Assembly (NCBI GenBank): GCA_963663765.2
Contig: CAXXUA010000004.1
Span: forward strand, 1,056,001 to 1,120,000
DNA: 64,000 bases
Direction: 5' to 3'
Source of the DNA: Candidatus Poribacteria bacterium
Lineage (GTDB): Bacteria; Poribacteria; WGA-4E; WGA-3G
Shown in pieces: positions 39,742-52,000 of the stretch. Under the pieces are notes generated by a model that did no database searches, was not told the origin of the DNA, and saw nothing but the letters and a program-made list of their open reading frames with translations. The position numbers were made by a program, and so were the translations under genes. How positions within the stretch are numbered: position 1 is the stretch's first letter; each line of letters opens with the position of its first letter.

Positions 39742-40761
39742 TTGAAAGATACGACAAATAATTTGGATATACTCACCACTACAGTCGGTTCGTATCCAGT
39801 CCCGATGTGGCTACACTCTATGCCTACAGAACAAGCATTAATTGATGCAACACGAGTTGTTGTTGATATACAAAAACAACTCGGAATTGACCTACCTACA
39901 GACGGCGAACTTTATCGTTTTGACGTCAACCACCCCGAAACAAATGGAATGATTGACTATTTTATACGTCCTTTATCAGGTGTCAGAGCTGAAATTGGAC
40001 GGAGGGAATGGTATGAATTTCGACAGAAACAGACAATGTCATTCCGAGCAAAACCCGCTGGTGTTGTTGAGAACGACATAGGTGAAGGCACATTAAATCT
40101 TGTTTCAGATTGCTCACGTGCTGTGGAAGTAGCAGGTAAACATATCAAATTTACTGTGACAAGTCCATATATGCTTGCACGTACCCTGTTAGACAAACAC
40201 TATGATGACTTTGACACGTTACTCGCTGACTTGGCTAAAGTGTTAGCTGCACAAGTGAAGGATTTAGATTGTGCTTGTCTGCAAATAGATGAAGCGAATA
40301 TACCCGGTAATCCTGATGATGGACCGCGTGCAGCAGCTGCAATTAATGTCGTGCTTGATGCATTTGATGGTGAGAAAGCAGTTCATTTTTGCTTCGGTAA
40401 TTATGGAGGTCAGGTCATCCAAAGAGGTAGTTGGAAAGCGTTAATCGATTTTCTAAATATGCTCAGATGTGACCATCTCGTGTTAGAGTTGAAACACCGT
40501 CCGGATGCGGATCTACAAGCTTTGAAGGATGTATCTTCAAACATTCGTCTCGGAATCGGTGTGATTGATGTGAAGCTCAACCCCATTGAAACCCCTGATG
40601 ATGTTGCAGCAAGTATTGAAAGAGCAGAGCATGAATTGGGACCAGGTCGAGTGGGATGGGTACATCCCGATTGCGGTTTTTGGATGTTACAACGGTCTGT
40701 TGTTGATCGTAAGATAGAATCTCTTGTAAAAGGTAGAAATAAGTATCTGGGTATTACTTAA
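39742..40761 (+). CDS. Cobalamin-independent methionine synthase II family (MetE C-terminal-only)
   Basis: TTTVGSYP, TDGE, QIDE, HFCFGN (HxC), E, GVIDVK and HPDCG. Confidence 0.85.
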   Translation: MKDTTNNLDILTTTVGSYPVPMWLHSMPTEQALIDATRVVVDIQKQLGIDLPTDGELYRFDVNHPETNGMIDYFIRPLSGVRAEIGRREWYEFRQKQTMSFRAKPAGVVENDIGEGTLNLVSDCSRAVEVAGKHIKFTVTSPYMLARTLLDKHYDDFDTLLADLAKVLAAQVKDLDCACLQIDEANIPGNPDDGPRAAAAINVVLDAFDGEKAVHFCFGNYGGQVIQRGSWKALIDFLNMLRCDHLVLELKHRPDADLQALKDVSSNIRLGIGVIDVKLNPIETPDDVAASIERAEHELGPGRVGWVHPDCGFWMLQRSVVDRKIESLVKGRNKYLGIT

Positions 40762-40842
40762 AAAAATATATAATTACGAGAACAAGCAATCAAGAAGCCA
40801 ACAATTGCATTATCTTCATAATAGGTGTGCATATCTTCAATG

Positions 40843-40876
40843 GTGGTGTGTGCTTTAGACATACACCACCTTTTTC
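40843..40876 (+). terminator. Rho-independent terminator
   Basis: GTGGTGTGTG-loop-CATACACCAC hairpin followed by CTTTTT, downstream of the metE-like gene. Confidence 0.6.
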
Positions 40877-40885
40877 ATTATAGTA

Positions 40886-41100
40886 ACTCAAGTTGCTACC
40901 TATAAAGTTTAGACGAATCAACACCGTTTTTTATAGAGTATAAAACACTTTTCGGCAGTATTTGTAGCACAAACTTTTAGTTTGTGCATCTTTATGACGC
41001 AAACTAAAAGTTTGCGCTACAAAATATAGGCTATTTATCAACACTTTTTTGATAATAGATGATGTTTCTAGGTCTAATTATTCTAGGTAGCAACTTGGGT
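40886..41100. mobile_element. ACCC-ended (IS982-like) MITE with a REP doublet
   Basis: TIR ACTCAAGTTGCTACCTA / TAGGTAGCAACTTGGGT. 7-bp TSD TATAGTA. Internal GTAGCACAAACTTTTAGTTTGTGC..GCAAACTAAAAGTTTGCGCTAC. Confidence 0.85.
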
Positions 41101-41107
41101 TATAGTA

Positions 41108-41229
41108 CAGGACTTACGCACCCGACGGTAGGCGCGCTTTGTAAGCGCGCTGGAAACACAAAAAATGTTGAAAATTACATCATTTTCAACACAATTCTTG
41201 ATTAAATCAAGAAAACTACGTAAGTCCTG
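41108..41229. mobile_element. CAGGACTT-ended MITE, empty reference copy (122 bp)
   Basis: CAGGACTTACG / CGTAAGTCCTG ends with an intact REP GGTAGGCGCGCTTTGTAAGCGCGC. Confidence 0.85.
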
Positions 41230-41262
41230 TAATAAAAGAAGACATTTCTTTCAAGGAGAATA

Positions 41263-41556
41263 ATGTTTCAAATTCACCTACCACTACTGAAAAAGTACCA
41301 GACCATTGCTGGTGTTGCTGGGGGGATAGGATTCTGTCTTGGAATAGTTATTCCGATAATCGGCATGTTAATGTGGAATTGGCAATGTCCATTTGGAATT
41401 GGCAACTTACAAACTGTAGCTTTCTTAGTACTCACAGGATTGATCAGCGCAATGGTCTTAGGCAATCTCGTTGCTTTTATATTAGTCCGAATAGCAAAAT
41501 TCCAGCAGGCTTCACAAAATAATTCAAAGAAAACAGGAGACTTAGATGGGAATTGA
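41263..41556 (+). CDS. Small two-TM membrane protein
   Basis: 97 aa with two hydrophobic segments and an AAGGAG RBS. Confidence 0.7.
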   Translation: MFQIHLPLLKKYQTIAGVAGGIGFCLGIVIPIIGMLMWNWQCPFGIGNLQTVAFLVLTGLISAMVLGNLVAFILVRIAKFQQASQNNSKKTGDLDGN

Positions 41557-42367
41557 AATATTTGATCTTGATGTGTTATATCTCTTAATGCTTATGGGGG
41601 TAGGGTTGTGTGCGGGTTTTATAAACGCAATGGCATTTGGAGGATCAATGTTAACTGTTCCTACTCTAATTTTCCTAATACCTTATGCCATTAATATCTC
41701 AACTCTACGCCCTGGAATAGACCCATCAAATATTGCAAATGGTACCAATAGAGTGGCAATTTTATTTCAAAATTTGAGTGCAATTCTTGGATTCCGACGC
41801 AAAGGTGTTTCAAATTTTCGACACGCTATTGTACTTACAATCCCAGCATTTTTAGGCGCAGGTATTGGAGCACTCATTGGAACTGAAACTCCTGACGAGG
41901 CGTTCAAGCCTATTCTTGCAATTGTTATGTTGACTATGCTACTTTTAACATTTTTTAATCCAACTGAGTGGTTACACAAAAAAATTAATCCAAGTAGGAC
42001 AGAATATAGAATCATCACTACCGCCGCACTTTTCCTTGTTGGAATCTATGGTGGATTTATCCAGATAGGAACTGGATTGCTAATTATAGCAACTTTACAG
42101 ATACTTGATGGAGAAGACTTGGTCATTACCAACGCGCACAAGGTATTTATAATTTTCTTCTACACATTTATTGCTTTAGTTATTTTTGTTAGCAAAGGGC
42201 AGGTCAATTGGGTATTGGGTTTAACCCTTGCAATAGGAAACTCTACAGGTGCATGGGTAGGTAGCCATTTTGCTGTGAAGATGGGTGATAAGTGGATTAA
42301 GGTGGTATTAGTAATTGCAGTAATCGCTTCTGTAACAAAACTCATTTGGGACACATTTAATGCCTGA
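41546..42367 (+). CDS. Sulfite exporter TauE/SafE family
   Basis: AGFINAMAFGGSMLTVP, ANGTNR, GIYGGFIQIGTG and about 8 TM segments. Confidence 0.9.
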   Translation: MGIEIFDLDVLYLLMLMGVGLCAGFINAMAFGGSMLTVPTLIFLIPYAINISTLRPGIDPSNIANGTNRVAILFQNLSAILGFRRKGVSNFRHAIVLTIPAFLGAGIGALIGTETPDEAFKPILAIVMLTMLLLTFFNPTEWLHKKINPSRTEYRIITTAALFLVGIYGGFIQIGTGLLIIATLQILDGEDLVITNAHKVFIIFFYTFIALVIFVSKGQVNWVLGLTLAIGNSTGAWVGSHFAVKMGDKWIKVVLVIAVIASVTKLIWDTFNA

Positions 42368-42410
42368 AATCTCAAATTAGAACAGGTTGCCAACATGAGC
42401 AACTTATTCA

Positions 42411-42980
42411 CTAATTAGTTAGACTAAAAGATTGTATACGATTTGAAACTAATTCTGTTCCAGAAGTTTTGGTTAATGCATGTAATAGGTTCAATATTTG
42501 TTCAGTAATGTCTGCTTGTTTTCTAACAGTTTTTAGATTAACTTGTTTTAGTTTCTTCAAGGGTTTTTCGTCTTCTTCAGATATCACTACAACCATACCA
42601 TCCCCCCATCCTAATTCTAAAAAGGCATCGTTGCAATTATACTTTTCATCAAAAACTTTGATTATTGGTTGTTGTAACTTTAATAACTGCATTTTAGCAT
42701 TCTGTATTGCTGTTCCCAGTGGCAACAATGTAGGATTTTCGTTGTTTGCCTTTTTGTATAGAGGAAGGTTCCATAATAGAACAGGTTTTTCAATGCGCTG
42801 AGCAAGTAGGATTAACCTAACAAGCCGTCTCCAATCTGAAGGTTGTTCAAGACTCTCGTCATTTCCTTTCAATACTACAAGCTTTACATCTTGAAGTTCA
42901 GCGAAACCAGCGAATTCAAAATTGCCTTGTCCACCTGACCTGTCACCGTAGAGTTGAATAGTTTTGCTAAATGGATGCAT
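42411..42980 (-). CDS. Degenerate AccA-like carboxyltransferase-alpha paralog
   Basis: LYGDR, AGFAEL, WRRLVRLILLAQRIEKPVL, AIQNA...L..PII and ELVSNR align by eye with AccA. The TPGA and GEGGSGGA motifs are missing. Confidence 0.55.
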   Translation of the reverse strand: MHPFSKTIQLYGDRSGGQGNFEFAGFAELQDVKLVVLKGNDESLEQPSDWRRLVRLILLAQRIEKPVLLWNLPLYKKANNENPTLLPLGTAIQNAKMQLLKLQQPIIKVFDEKYNCNDAFLELGWGDGMVVVISEEDEKPLKKLKQVNLKTVRKQADITEQILNLLHALTKTSGTELVSNRIQSFSLTN

Positions 42981-43116
42981 TTTACAATACCTTCGCCATT
43001 TTTGAGTGCTTCAGTTGAATGAGTATATAGTGTTGATCTACCATTGCTCTGTGATATTGTTAGGATTATATAAATAAAAATAACTTCAGGTTTTCGTTGA
43101 AGTTTTTTTATCATTG

Positions 43117-43457
43117 TAGGGTTATTTAGTTTTAAGAGTTTTCTGTTATTGAGATTTACTGAAAGTTAATACCCAGGTTTGGTTTCCTAACCGAACTTTC
43201 TGCATCAGTTTTAGATTATTGAAAAATGAATATCGCTCTTTAGTCCCGACAAATGCCATACGCGCATTTGGCGTTGATTTGGTAGGGTTGATATGTTTAT
43301 TTTTCTATGTCGTTCCTACGGAACTCAAGAGGGTTAGATAACATGTTTCTATAAACATATCGTCCCTACGGGACTAAAGACATGGACAAGATGGCAACAC
43401 ATAAAATTAACGACATAGCAAAATATTATCAAAAATATTGAAAACTGAATAACCCTG
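43117..43457. mobile_element. CAGGG-ended MITE nested in the element above
   Basis: TAGGGTTATT / AATAACCCTG ends with TSD TTATCAT(T/A)G. Confidence 0.85.
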
Positions 43458-43493
43458 TTATCATAGCCTCTAATTTGACAGAATAATTTATAT

Positions 43494-43961
43494 GCACAAT
43501 CTGGAAGAATGTGCTACAACTGCCCGCACAATCTGGCAAAATGTGCTACAACTGCCCGCACAATCTGGAAGAATGTGCTACAACTGCCCGCACAATCTGG
43601 AAGAATGTGCTACAACTGCCCGCACAATCTGGAAGAATGTGCTACAACTGTCCGCACAATCTGGCAAAATGTGCTACAACTGCCCGCACAATCTGGAAGA
43701 ATGTGCTACAACTGCCCGCACAATCTGGCAAAATGTGCTACAACTGTCCGCACAATCTGGCAAAATGTGCTACAACTGCCCGCACAATCTGGAAGAATGT
43801 GCTACAACTGTCCGCACAATCTGGCAAAATGTGCTACAACTGCCCGCACAATCTGGAAGAATGTGCTACAACTTGCCCGCACAATCTGGCAAAATGTGCT
43901 ACAATTGCCCGCACAATCTGGAAGAATGTGCTACAACTGCCCGCACAATCTGGAAGAATGT
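43494..43961. repeat. 32-bp tandem repeat x~14.5
   Basis: GCACAATCTGG(AAG/CAA)AATGTGCTACAACTG(C/T)CC with no spacers. Confidence 0.95.
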
Positions 43962-44026
43962 CTATTATTGGCGAAGGTATTGATTTTATATATAGAATTT
44001 ATACTTGGCATTTGCCATGTTGTTAT

Positions 44027-44066
44027 AAAAAAAGCAGGGAGGTGATGTTTCACACCTTCCCTGCCT
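44027..44066 (-). terminator. Rho-independent terminator of the giant-protein operon
   Basis: Reverse strand GCAGGGAAGGTG-loop-CACCTCCCTGC followed by TTTTTTT. Confidence 0.75.
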
Positions 44067-44086
44067 GAATGAATGTGTGTAAGAGA

Positions 44087-44959
44087 TTACTCTCCGCTAC
44101 GACCACCGATTGCGTTTAAAACAAACCATCCAATACCTGCAGCGACTGTAGTGATAACAACGAGTGAACGCTTAACTGTGGAAACCTCTTCATGCACACC
44201 TTGAGCGTCCTTTATCATCATCTTAATTTCACTGATAGCATTTTGATTCGTCTCAATATTCGCCAATGCAGTTTTCACGTCTCCTTGAAGAGCATTAATA
44301 CTATTTTGGGCAGCTTTCAAATCCTTTTGTAGAGTACCAAGCATCTCATTTGACTTGTCAAGTTGCCCCTTAACTCCTTCTATATTTTTCTGGAGTGTGT
44401 TTCTGGTATTTCTAATAACTTTTGTGACGTCTGTAGTTGATTTGCTATTTGCTTCCTTGATTGCTTCAAGAGTCTCATCTTGGGATTTCAAACTTTTTTC
44501 AAGTTCTTTAATTTGATCTTGAAGTTTCTTTGCACTCCCTTTCAGTTCCTCAATTTGAGTCATCAACTTTTTCTGTGCACCTTTAGACTCCTCAAGTTCA
44601 GTCTGCAATTTCTCCAATTCTTCCTGATCAATCTTGACTTTGTCTTCCATTTCATCCTTTATTTCTTTCATCATATGTATTGGAATACGCAGCTTTTCGC
44701 CAGGATAGATTAGGTGAGGATTTGTGAAGTCATTATACTTGCTCAACTCACGCCAACGTAGCGGATCTTTCAAATGTTCTTGGCAAAGATCCCAAAGCGT
44801 ATCACCTTTATTAATGGTGATCAACGAGGTCTCGGTATCATCATCTGCTGTGTCCTTTGGTGTAATTCTTGCTGAAGCAGTAAGGACATAAACACCACTT
44901 AGGGCGACACAGAGATAAAGAATGAATGTTAATTTTAGTGTGGCTTTTATCATATTCAT
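44087..44959 (-). CDS. LysM plus long coiled-coil protein with a C-terminal TM anchor
   Basis: Signal peptide, INKGDTLWDL...NPHLIYPGEKLRIP, heptad repeats and a C-terminal hydrophobic helix. Confidence 0.9.
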   Translation of the reverse strand: MNMIKATLKLTFILYLCVALSGVYVLTASARITPKDTADDDTETSLITINKGDTLWDLCQEHLKDPLRWRELSKYNDFTNPHLIYPGEKLRIPIHMMKEIKDEMEDKVKIDQEELEKLQTELEESKGAQKKLMTQIEELKGSAKKLQDQIKELEKSLKSQDETLEAIKEANSKSTTDVTKVIRNTRNTLQKNIEGVKGQLDKSNEMLGTLQKDLKAAQNSINALQGDVKTALANIETNQNAISEIKMMIKDAQGVHEEVSTVKRSLVVITTVAAGIGWFVLNAIGGRSGE

Positions 44960-44980
44960 CAGTATTCTCCTTATTAAATG

Positions 44981-46018
44981 CTAAAATTCATAAGACACGG
45001 AAACAAATTGCGTTGTTCCTGTGTCATTAATTTCATTTGTCAAGTCGTCCTGTATGGCGTAGTCAACTTGTAAACCGGCAATGTTAACACCAAATCCCCC
45101 GAAAAGGCTCTGAACATCGCGTGATGCTTTGCTCCCTGCACGAAGTGAAAATTCGGTAGATCTGTTTGTCATTATTGTGTATTCAACACCACCACGTATG
45201 CTAAATGCACTTCTGTCAAGGTTGACGAATTCATGTTCTATATCAGCAGCAAACGTAACAACGTTCCCCATGTATAGATCATAAGCAACGCCGGCGTTTA
45301 TTACCATTGGGATGGTGGCTCCATCTTCACCAAATGAAGAACCGAGGTATTTTGCGACGATACCGTAGTGAAATGTTGGTACTTCAATATTACCATCATT
45401 CATTTCATTTGAATGCGCATGGAGTACTTGTCCTTTCATTCTTTCTGCAACATCAATGTGAAGTGCGTGACCCATCAGACCGATATCAACGCCACCGAAA
45501 CCACTCTGGTTGTCAACGTCATCAACACCGAAACTATCCATTAACATACGTCCAGTTAGACCGACATTAAAGTTGCCGAAGGCAATACCATAAGAAAGTG
45601 AATATGCATTTGTACTATAATCTGCTGTACCGCCAAGAACACCGTCTACATCACGTATATCGTAATCAGAAACGCCAAAATTAGTGGCAGCTAATCCGAT
45701 AGAACCGTAATCTCCAAGCCTTTTTGTTATTGCGACAAAATTATGGCTTCTATCAAGTGATAATTTTTGTGTAGAAAAGTTTAGACTGAGGTCTGCCGAA
45801 GAACCGAGTCCTGCGGGGTTCCAGACTGTGGCTGTGGCATCTTCTGCTATTGCTGTGAATGCACCCCCTAAACCAATAGAACGTGCCCCTGCGCCGAGAC
45901 GTAAATGAGGCATAACGTTCACCTGATGCTCATCGGCGAAACAGACAGGTGACACAGCAAGGATAAGAAATAGAGCGGCGATTGAACCGCATAGCAATTT
46001 TTGCTTTGTGAGAGACAT
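44981..46018 (-). CDS. PorV/PorQ (FadL-like) outer-membrane beta-barrel
   Basis: GAGARSIGLGGAFTAIAEDATATVWNPAGL and a C-terminal FVSVSYEF barrel signal. Confidence 0.8.
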   Translation of the reverse strand: MSLTKQKLLCGSIAALFLILAVSPVCFADEHQVNVMPHLRLGAGARSIGLGGAFTAIAEDATATVWNPAGLGSSADLSLNFSTQKLSLDRSHNFVAITKRLGDYGSIGLAATNFGVSDYDIRDVDGVLGGTADYSTNAYSLSYGIAFGNFNVGLTGRMLMDSFGVDDVDNQSGFGGVDIGLMGHALHIDVAERMKGQVLHAHSNEMNDGNIEVPTFHYGIVAKYLGSSFGEDGATIPMVINAGVAYDLYMGNVVTFAADIEHEFVNLDRSAFSIRGGVEYTIMTNRSTEFSLRAGSKASRDVQSLFGGFGVNIAGLQVDYAIQDDLTNEINDTGTTQFVSVSYEF

Positions 46019-46043
46019 TTATCTCCTCCTTCGTAGTCGCGTC

Positions 46044-46073
46044 ATCGGAAATTGGGATATCCCAATTTCCGAT
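46044..46073. promoter_or_regulatory. Perfect 30-bp intergenic palindrome
   Basis: ATCGGAAATTGGGATATCCCAATTTCCGAT between the giant gene stop and the PorV-like RBS. Confidence 0.6.
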
Positions 46074-46091
46074 TCGCGAACGACTGATTAC

Positions 46092-49000
46092 TTAGCGCGT
46101 CAGAGCGAGCTTTAGTATGGCGTATTCGGGCTCGATACCATCTGTCACTACAATTTCGCAGAAATAGATGCCGCGAGCTAAGTTTTCGCCACTGCTGGTT
46201 TTTCCGTCCCATTGAGTTCCGTGTCTACCGATGTAATTACCAGCAGACATAACTTCATTGTCCTTTAGGACTCGAACTGGGCGGAGAGTCACGTCATAGA
46301 TGACAATACTGACAGTGGATGTCCGGTTTAGAGTGAAGGAAATCCGCGTACTATCCTTAAACGGATTAGGATGATTATACGGCTTCACTGCTAATATTGG
46401 AGCGTCCGAATACTCAACAAAGAAACTGAACTGATAAACAGCGGTGTTTGCTTTGCGAGCACCATCGTTATCTTCAGGGACGTTACCCTGTTGATGCGCA
46501 TTGTCAGAAACTTCTAACTTGACCACATATTCTCCTGGTTCAAGATATTCATCAGGGAATACAGGTGAAGAAAGTGTATATAGAACTTGCGTTGCTGATT
46601 TTTGATCATCAGTAAGATCAATTGGAGCAACCAACGTTCCCCCACCTTTCTTCGGTGCTTCTATAACAAGTTTGATGGAACCGACATTCACGCCAGTTTC
46701 TGCATCGCCATAAGTTAGCGATATAGTGGGTCTGGCATTTTCTTTATCGTCGTTCCCAGTTTGCTTATTGAACGTTTGCTTATAGGTCAAACGTGCACCG
46801 TCTTGAGGTGCTGACGATGTGATGATGGGTGCAGCGGTATCAAAGTCAACCGTAAATACACCTTTCGCTGATGAAGAGTTACCATTTGTATCAGTTGCAC
46901 GAACTTCAATTGTATAAGAGCCTTCATCAAGAGGGTTCTCTGGCATGAAATCTGCGCGAGTGATACCTGTAACATCTGCTTCAGCATCGTCCATTGTACC
47001 ACCTGTAACTTCTTCGCCATTATCATCCATCACGGTGATAATGATTTCAGCTACTCCGGATTCATCATTGGCACTTGCCGAAACAGTCGGAAGTCCTCTG
47101 TGAATAGTTCCCGAAGGAGTGATAGAAGAGATAATAGGTGCGGTGGTGTCAATAACTACAGTAAATGACCAAGTGTGAACCGTTGTGCCACCCAAACTCT
47201 CTGCAATAACTTGCATAGTATGTGTGCCTGGTTCAAAACTATCTGAAATCTCAATTTGTCCATTCTTAATCTTGTCAGCTGTAATCCTATGATTTGCTGG
47301 TCCAGGATCAACACTGCTAACAAACGGAACAAACCCTTTATTCACGTCATTTTCATCGCGAATATAGAATTCAACACTCAAGATATCAGATTGTTCGTCG
47401 GTAATTACAGCAGAAATGTTTACCCAACTATCTTTGACGATACCAGATGGTCCTACTTCTGAAATGACAGGTGGTGTTGTGTCTAACATCACATTGAAAA
47501 CAACAGTTGCTTGCGCAGTCTTTTCGTTTTCATCGGTGACTTCAACCATTACAATATACTCACCAGTAGCCAAATCATCTGAAGGTGTATAAGTGAATTG
47601 ATTTTCTTCAACTTCTACAGGTGCATCTTCGCCGTTGATGGTAAATGTTGTCAACTCTACCTCTGTCATACCAGTGAAATGACCTCTGAAAATCGGTTTA
47701 CCTTGATAGTAGGTCTGACCTGCAGCAGGTGAAAGAATCGCAACACTTGGTCCTGGTATATCTACAATGAAATCAACAGAAGTCGTTGCAGACTCACCGT
47801 TTGAATCTGTCACTTTTGCAGTTGCTCTATATTGCCCATGTAATAATTCAATCTCACCTGTGAATTGATTACCGTCATGTTTAGACACATCAACATTTTC
47901 GCCACCAACTGTAAGAACTACTGCGACATCACCAACTCCTGTATACTCGCCATTGACAATTATTGAACCATTGTCATAAGAGGTGCCAGCTACAGGTGAT
48001 TGAATTGTTACTGTCGCTTCAGGATATACAATTGAGAACGTCGTTGACGCATCAGCTGTTTCGCCATTGGCATCCATCACTGAAACGGATACTGTATGAC
48101 TACCTTCACCCAACTTGTCAGATAAGTTATAAGTAAACTCATTACCATCTGGTTCAAGTACTATCACATCACCACTATCAACCGTTAGCATAACGGATAC
48201 AGGTGCGACACCAATAAACGAACCTGAAATATGACGATAGGTGTGATCATAAGTGTCGCCTGCTTCAGGAGAGGATATAGAAACTGAAGCATCAGGATAG
48301 ACAACTGAGAATGTCGTTGTCGCATCAGCTGTTTCGCCATTGGCATCCATCACTGAAACGGATACGGTATGGCTACCTTCATCCAACTTATCAGATAAGT
48401 TATGAGTAAACTCATTACCATCTGGTTCAAGTGCTATCGCATCACCACCATCAACCGTTAGCATAACGGATACGGGTGCGACACCATTGAACGAACCTGA
48501 AATATGACGGAACGTGTGATCATTAGTTCCACCCTCTGTCGGTGAAGATATGGATACTGACGCATCAGGATACATAACTGTGAAAGTTGTTGATGCTTCC
48601 GCTGTTTCGCCATTGGCATCCATCACTGAAACGGATACTTTATGACTACCTTCACCCAACTTATCAGCAAGGTCATGGGAGAATTCGTTACCTTCGGTTT
48701 TCACATCATCGGGATCTACAGCTTCACCATCTACCATCAAAGTCACAGAGACTTCACCGACACCGGTAAACTCACCTGAAATATGACGATACATGTGATC
48801 ATAAGTGTCACCTGCTACTGGTGAAGATATAGAAACTGATGCTTCAGGATAAACAACTGAGAACGTTGTTGATGCCTGAGCAGTTTCACCATTGGCATCC
48901 ATCACTGAAACGGATACTGTGTGGTTACCTTCATCCAACTTGTCAGATAATGTATGAGTAAACTCATTACCATCTGGTTCAAGTGCTATCGCATCACCAT

Positions 49001-52000
49001 CATCAACCGTTAGCATAACGGATACGGGTGCGACACCAATAAACGAACCTGAAATATGACGGAACGTGTGATCATTAGTTCCACCCTCTACAGGTGATGA
49101 TATGGATACTGACGCATCAGGATACATAACTGAGAAAGTTGTTGACGCATCAGCTGTTTCGCCATTCTCATCCATCACTGAAACGGATACTGTATGGCTA
49201 CCTTCATCCAACTTATCAGCAAGGTTATGCGAGAATTCGTTACCTTCGGTTTTCACATCATCGGGATCTACGGCTTCACCATCTACCATCAATGTCACAG
49301 AGACTTCACCGACACCGGTAAACTCACCTGAAATATGACGGAACGTGTGATCATAAGTGTCACCTGCTACTGGAGAAGATATAGAAACTGATGCTTCAGG
49401 ATAAACAACTGAGAAAGTTGTTGATGCCTGGGCAGTTTCACCATTGACATCCATCACTGAAACGGATACTGTATGACTACCTTCACCCAACTTGTCAGAT
49501 AATGTATGAGTAAACTCATTACCATCTGGTTCAAGTGCTATCGCATCACCATCATCAACCGTTAGCATAACGGATACGGGTGCGACACCAATAAACGAAC
49601 CTGAAATATGACGATAGGTGTGATCATAAGTGTCGCCCGCTTCAGGAGAGGATATAGAAACTGATGCTTCAGGATAAACAACTGAGAAAGTTGTTGATGC
49701 CTGAGCAGTTTCACCATTCGCATCCATCACTGAAACGGATACTTTATGACTACCTTCACCCAACTTGTCAGATAATGTATGAGTAAACTCATTACCATCT
49801 GGTTCAAGTGCTATCGCATCACCACTATCAACCGTTAACATAACGGATACAGGTGCGACACCAATAAATGAACCTGAAATATGACGGAATGTGTGATCAT
49901 TAGTTCCACCCTCTGTAGGTGATGATATGGATACTGACGCATCAGGATACATAACTGAGAAAGTTGTTGATGCTTCCGCTGTTTCGCCATTCTCATCCAT
50001 CACTGAAACGGATACTGTATGGCTACCTTCATCCAACTTATCAGCAAGGTCATGAGAGAATTCGTTACCTTCGGGTTTCACATCTACGGCTTCACCATCT
50101 ACCATCAAAGTCACAGAGACTTCACCGACACCGGTAAACTCACCTGAAATATGACGATAGGTGTGATCATAAGTGTCGCCTGCTTCAGGAGAAGATATAG
50201 AAACTGATGCTTCAGGATAAACAACTGAGAAAGTTGTTGACGCATCAGCTGTTTCACCATTGGCATCCATCACTGTAACGGATACTGTATGACTACCTTC
50301 ACCCAACTTATCAGATAATGTATGAGTAAACTCATTACCATCTGGTTCAAGTGCTATCGCATCACCATCATCAACCGTTAGCATAACGGATACGGGTGCG
50401 ACACCATTGAACGAACCTGAAATATGACGGAATGTGTGATCATTAGTTCCACCCTCTGTAGGTGATGATATGGATACTGAAGCATCAGGATAAACAACTG
50501 AGAAAGTTGTTGACGCATCAGCTGTTTCACCATTGGCATCCATCACTGTAACGGATACTGTATGACTACCTTCACCCAACTTATCAGATAATGTATGAGT
50601 AAACTCATTACCATCTGGTTCAAGTGCTATCGCATCACCATCATCAACCGTTAGCATAACGGATACGGGTGCGACACCATTGAACGAACCTGAAATATGA
50701 CGGAACGTGTGATCATAAGTGTCACCTGCTACTGGAGAAGATATAGAAACTGATGCTTCAGGATAGGTTACTGAGAAGGATGCTGATGCTTGTGCGGTCT
50801 TACCATTTTCAGAAGTGACCATTACAGTTACCATGTGTTCACCTTCTGACAACTTATCTGAAAGTTCAGCAGTGAACTGGTTACCATCTTTCGTCTCTTC
50901 AACGGCTTCACCATCTAACATCAAATCAATAGTAACTTCACCAACACCAGAGAACTCACCTGCGATATGACTGAATTCATGATCATAGGATCCACCAGCT
51001 GTGGGTGATTGAATAGATACTGTCGGTTCGGGATGGAAGACTGAGAAGACCACCGTTGCTTCGGCTTTCTTTTCGTTTGCATCAGTTGCTGTGACAACTG
51101 CTGTATAATCACCATCAGCTAACACAGAATCTGGAGTATAACTATCAGCATCGTCTACCAATTCAACCGCATCACCATTAATAGTAAGGGTTACAGAGAC
51201 GGGTTCAGCAACGCCAGTTGCTTTCCAAGCTATCTCAGGTGTGCCATGATCATACAATTGACCTCCAGCAGGAGAATGAATCGCTACGGATGGTCCAGGT
51301 ATGTTTACTGTGAATTCAGTAGTTGCTTCAGCAGTATTACCATTCACATCAATAACCATTAGCATGACTGTGTGGTCGCCATCACTCAACGGTTCGGTTG
51401 GTTTATAGGTAAATTCGTTACCACTGACATCCATTACGGCTTCACCATCTATAGAAAGTGTTCCACTAACAGGGTCAGCACCCGAGAACGTACCTGTAAT
51501 AATAGGTACTCCATGGTTATATTCCTGACCTGCAGTCGGTGTTGCAATGGTTGCTGTCGGTACTGGATGTTCAACTATAAATGTCAATGATGTTTGTGCG
51601 GTTAATCCGCTACCATCTGTTACCTCTACAGCGACTGTATGTGTATCTTCACCGAAACCTTCCTCAGGTGTATAAGTGAAGTTACTTCCGTCAACTGAAA
51701 TAGATTCAGAAACATCTACATCATTTACGGTAAACTTGGTTATACCTACATCACCGCCACCAGCAAAGAACCCAGTAACACTACCAGGATTTGCATCAAA
51801 TTCTTGTCCTGAAGCAGGTGCAGTAACGACAACTGTTGGGTCTATACCTTCAACAGCAAAGTTCACTGATGCTTCACCAACATTACCAAGGCTATCTGTA
51901 ACCATGACTGTGAATTGGTATGCACCACCAGCGAGTTTGTCTATGCGGGTATAAACTACAGAGTCTATATCCTGTTCAACCATTTCCGGATCAACAGCGA

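Larger units (their letters stand above)
42985..43982. mobile_element. CAATACCTTCGC-ended non-autonomous element with an internal VNTR, copy 1
   Basis: TIR CAATACCTTCGCCA / TGGCGAAGGTATTG and a 6-bp TSD ATTTTA. An inverted homolog lies at 58599-59154. Confidence 0.85.

Noticed and set aside
43492-44068. Three overlapping Cys-rich ORFs, or a CRISPR, in the 32-bp array
   Set aside because: These are stop-free translations of a spacerless tandem repeat inside a TIR element, with no RBS or coding evidence.
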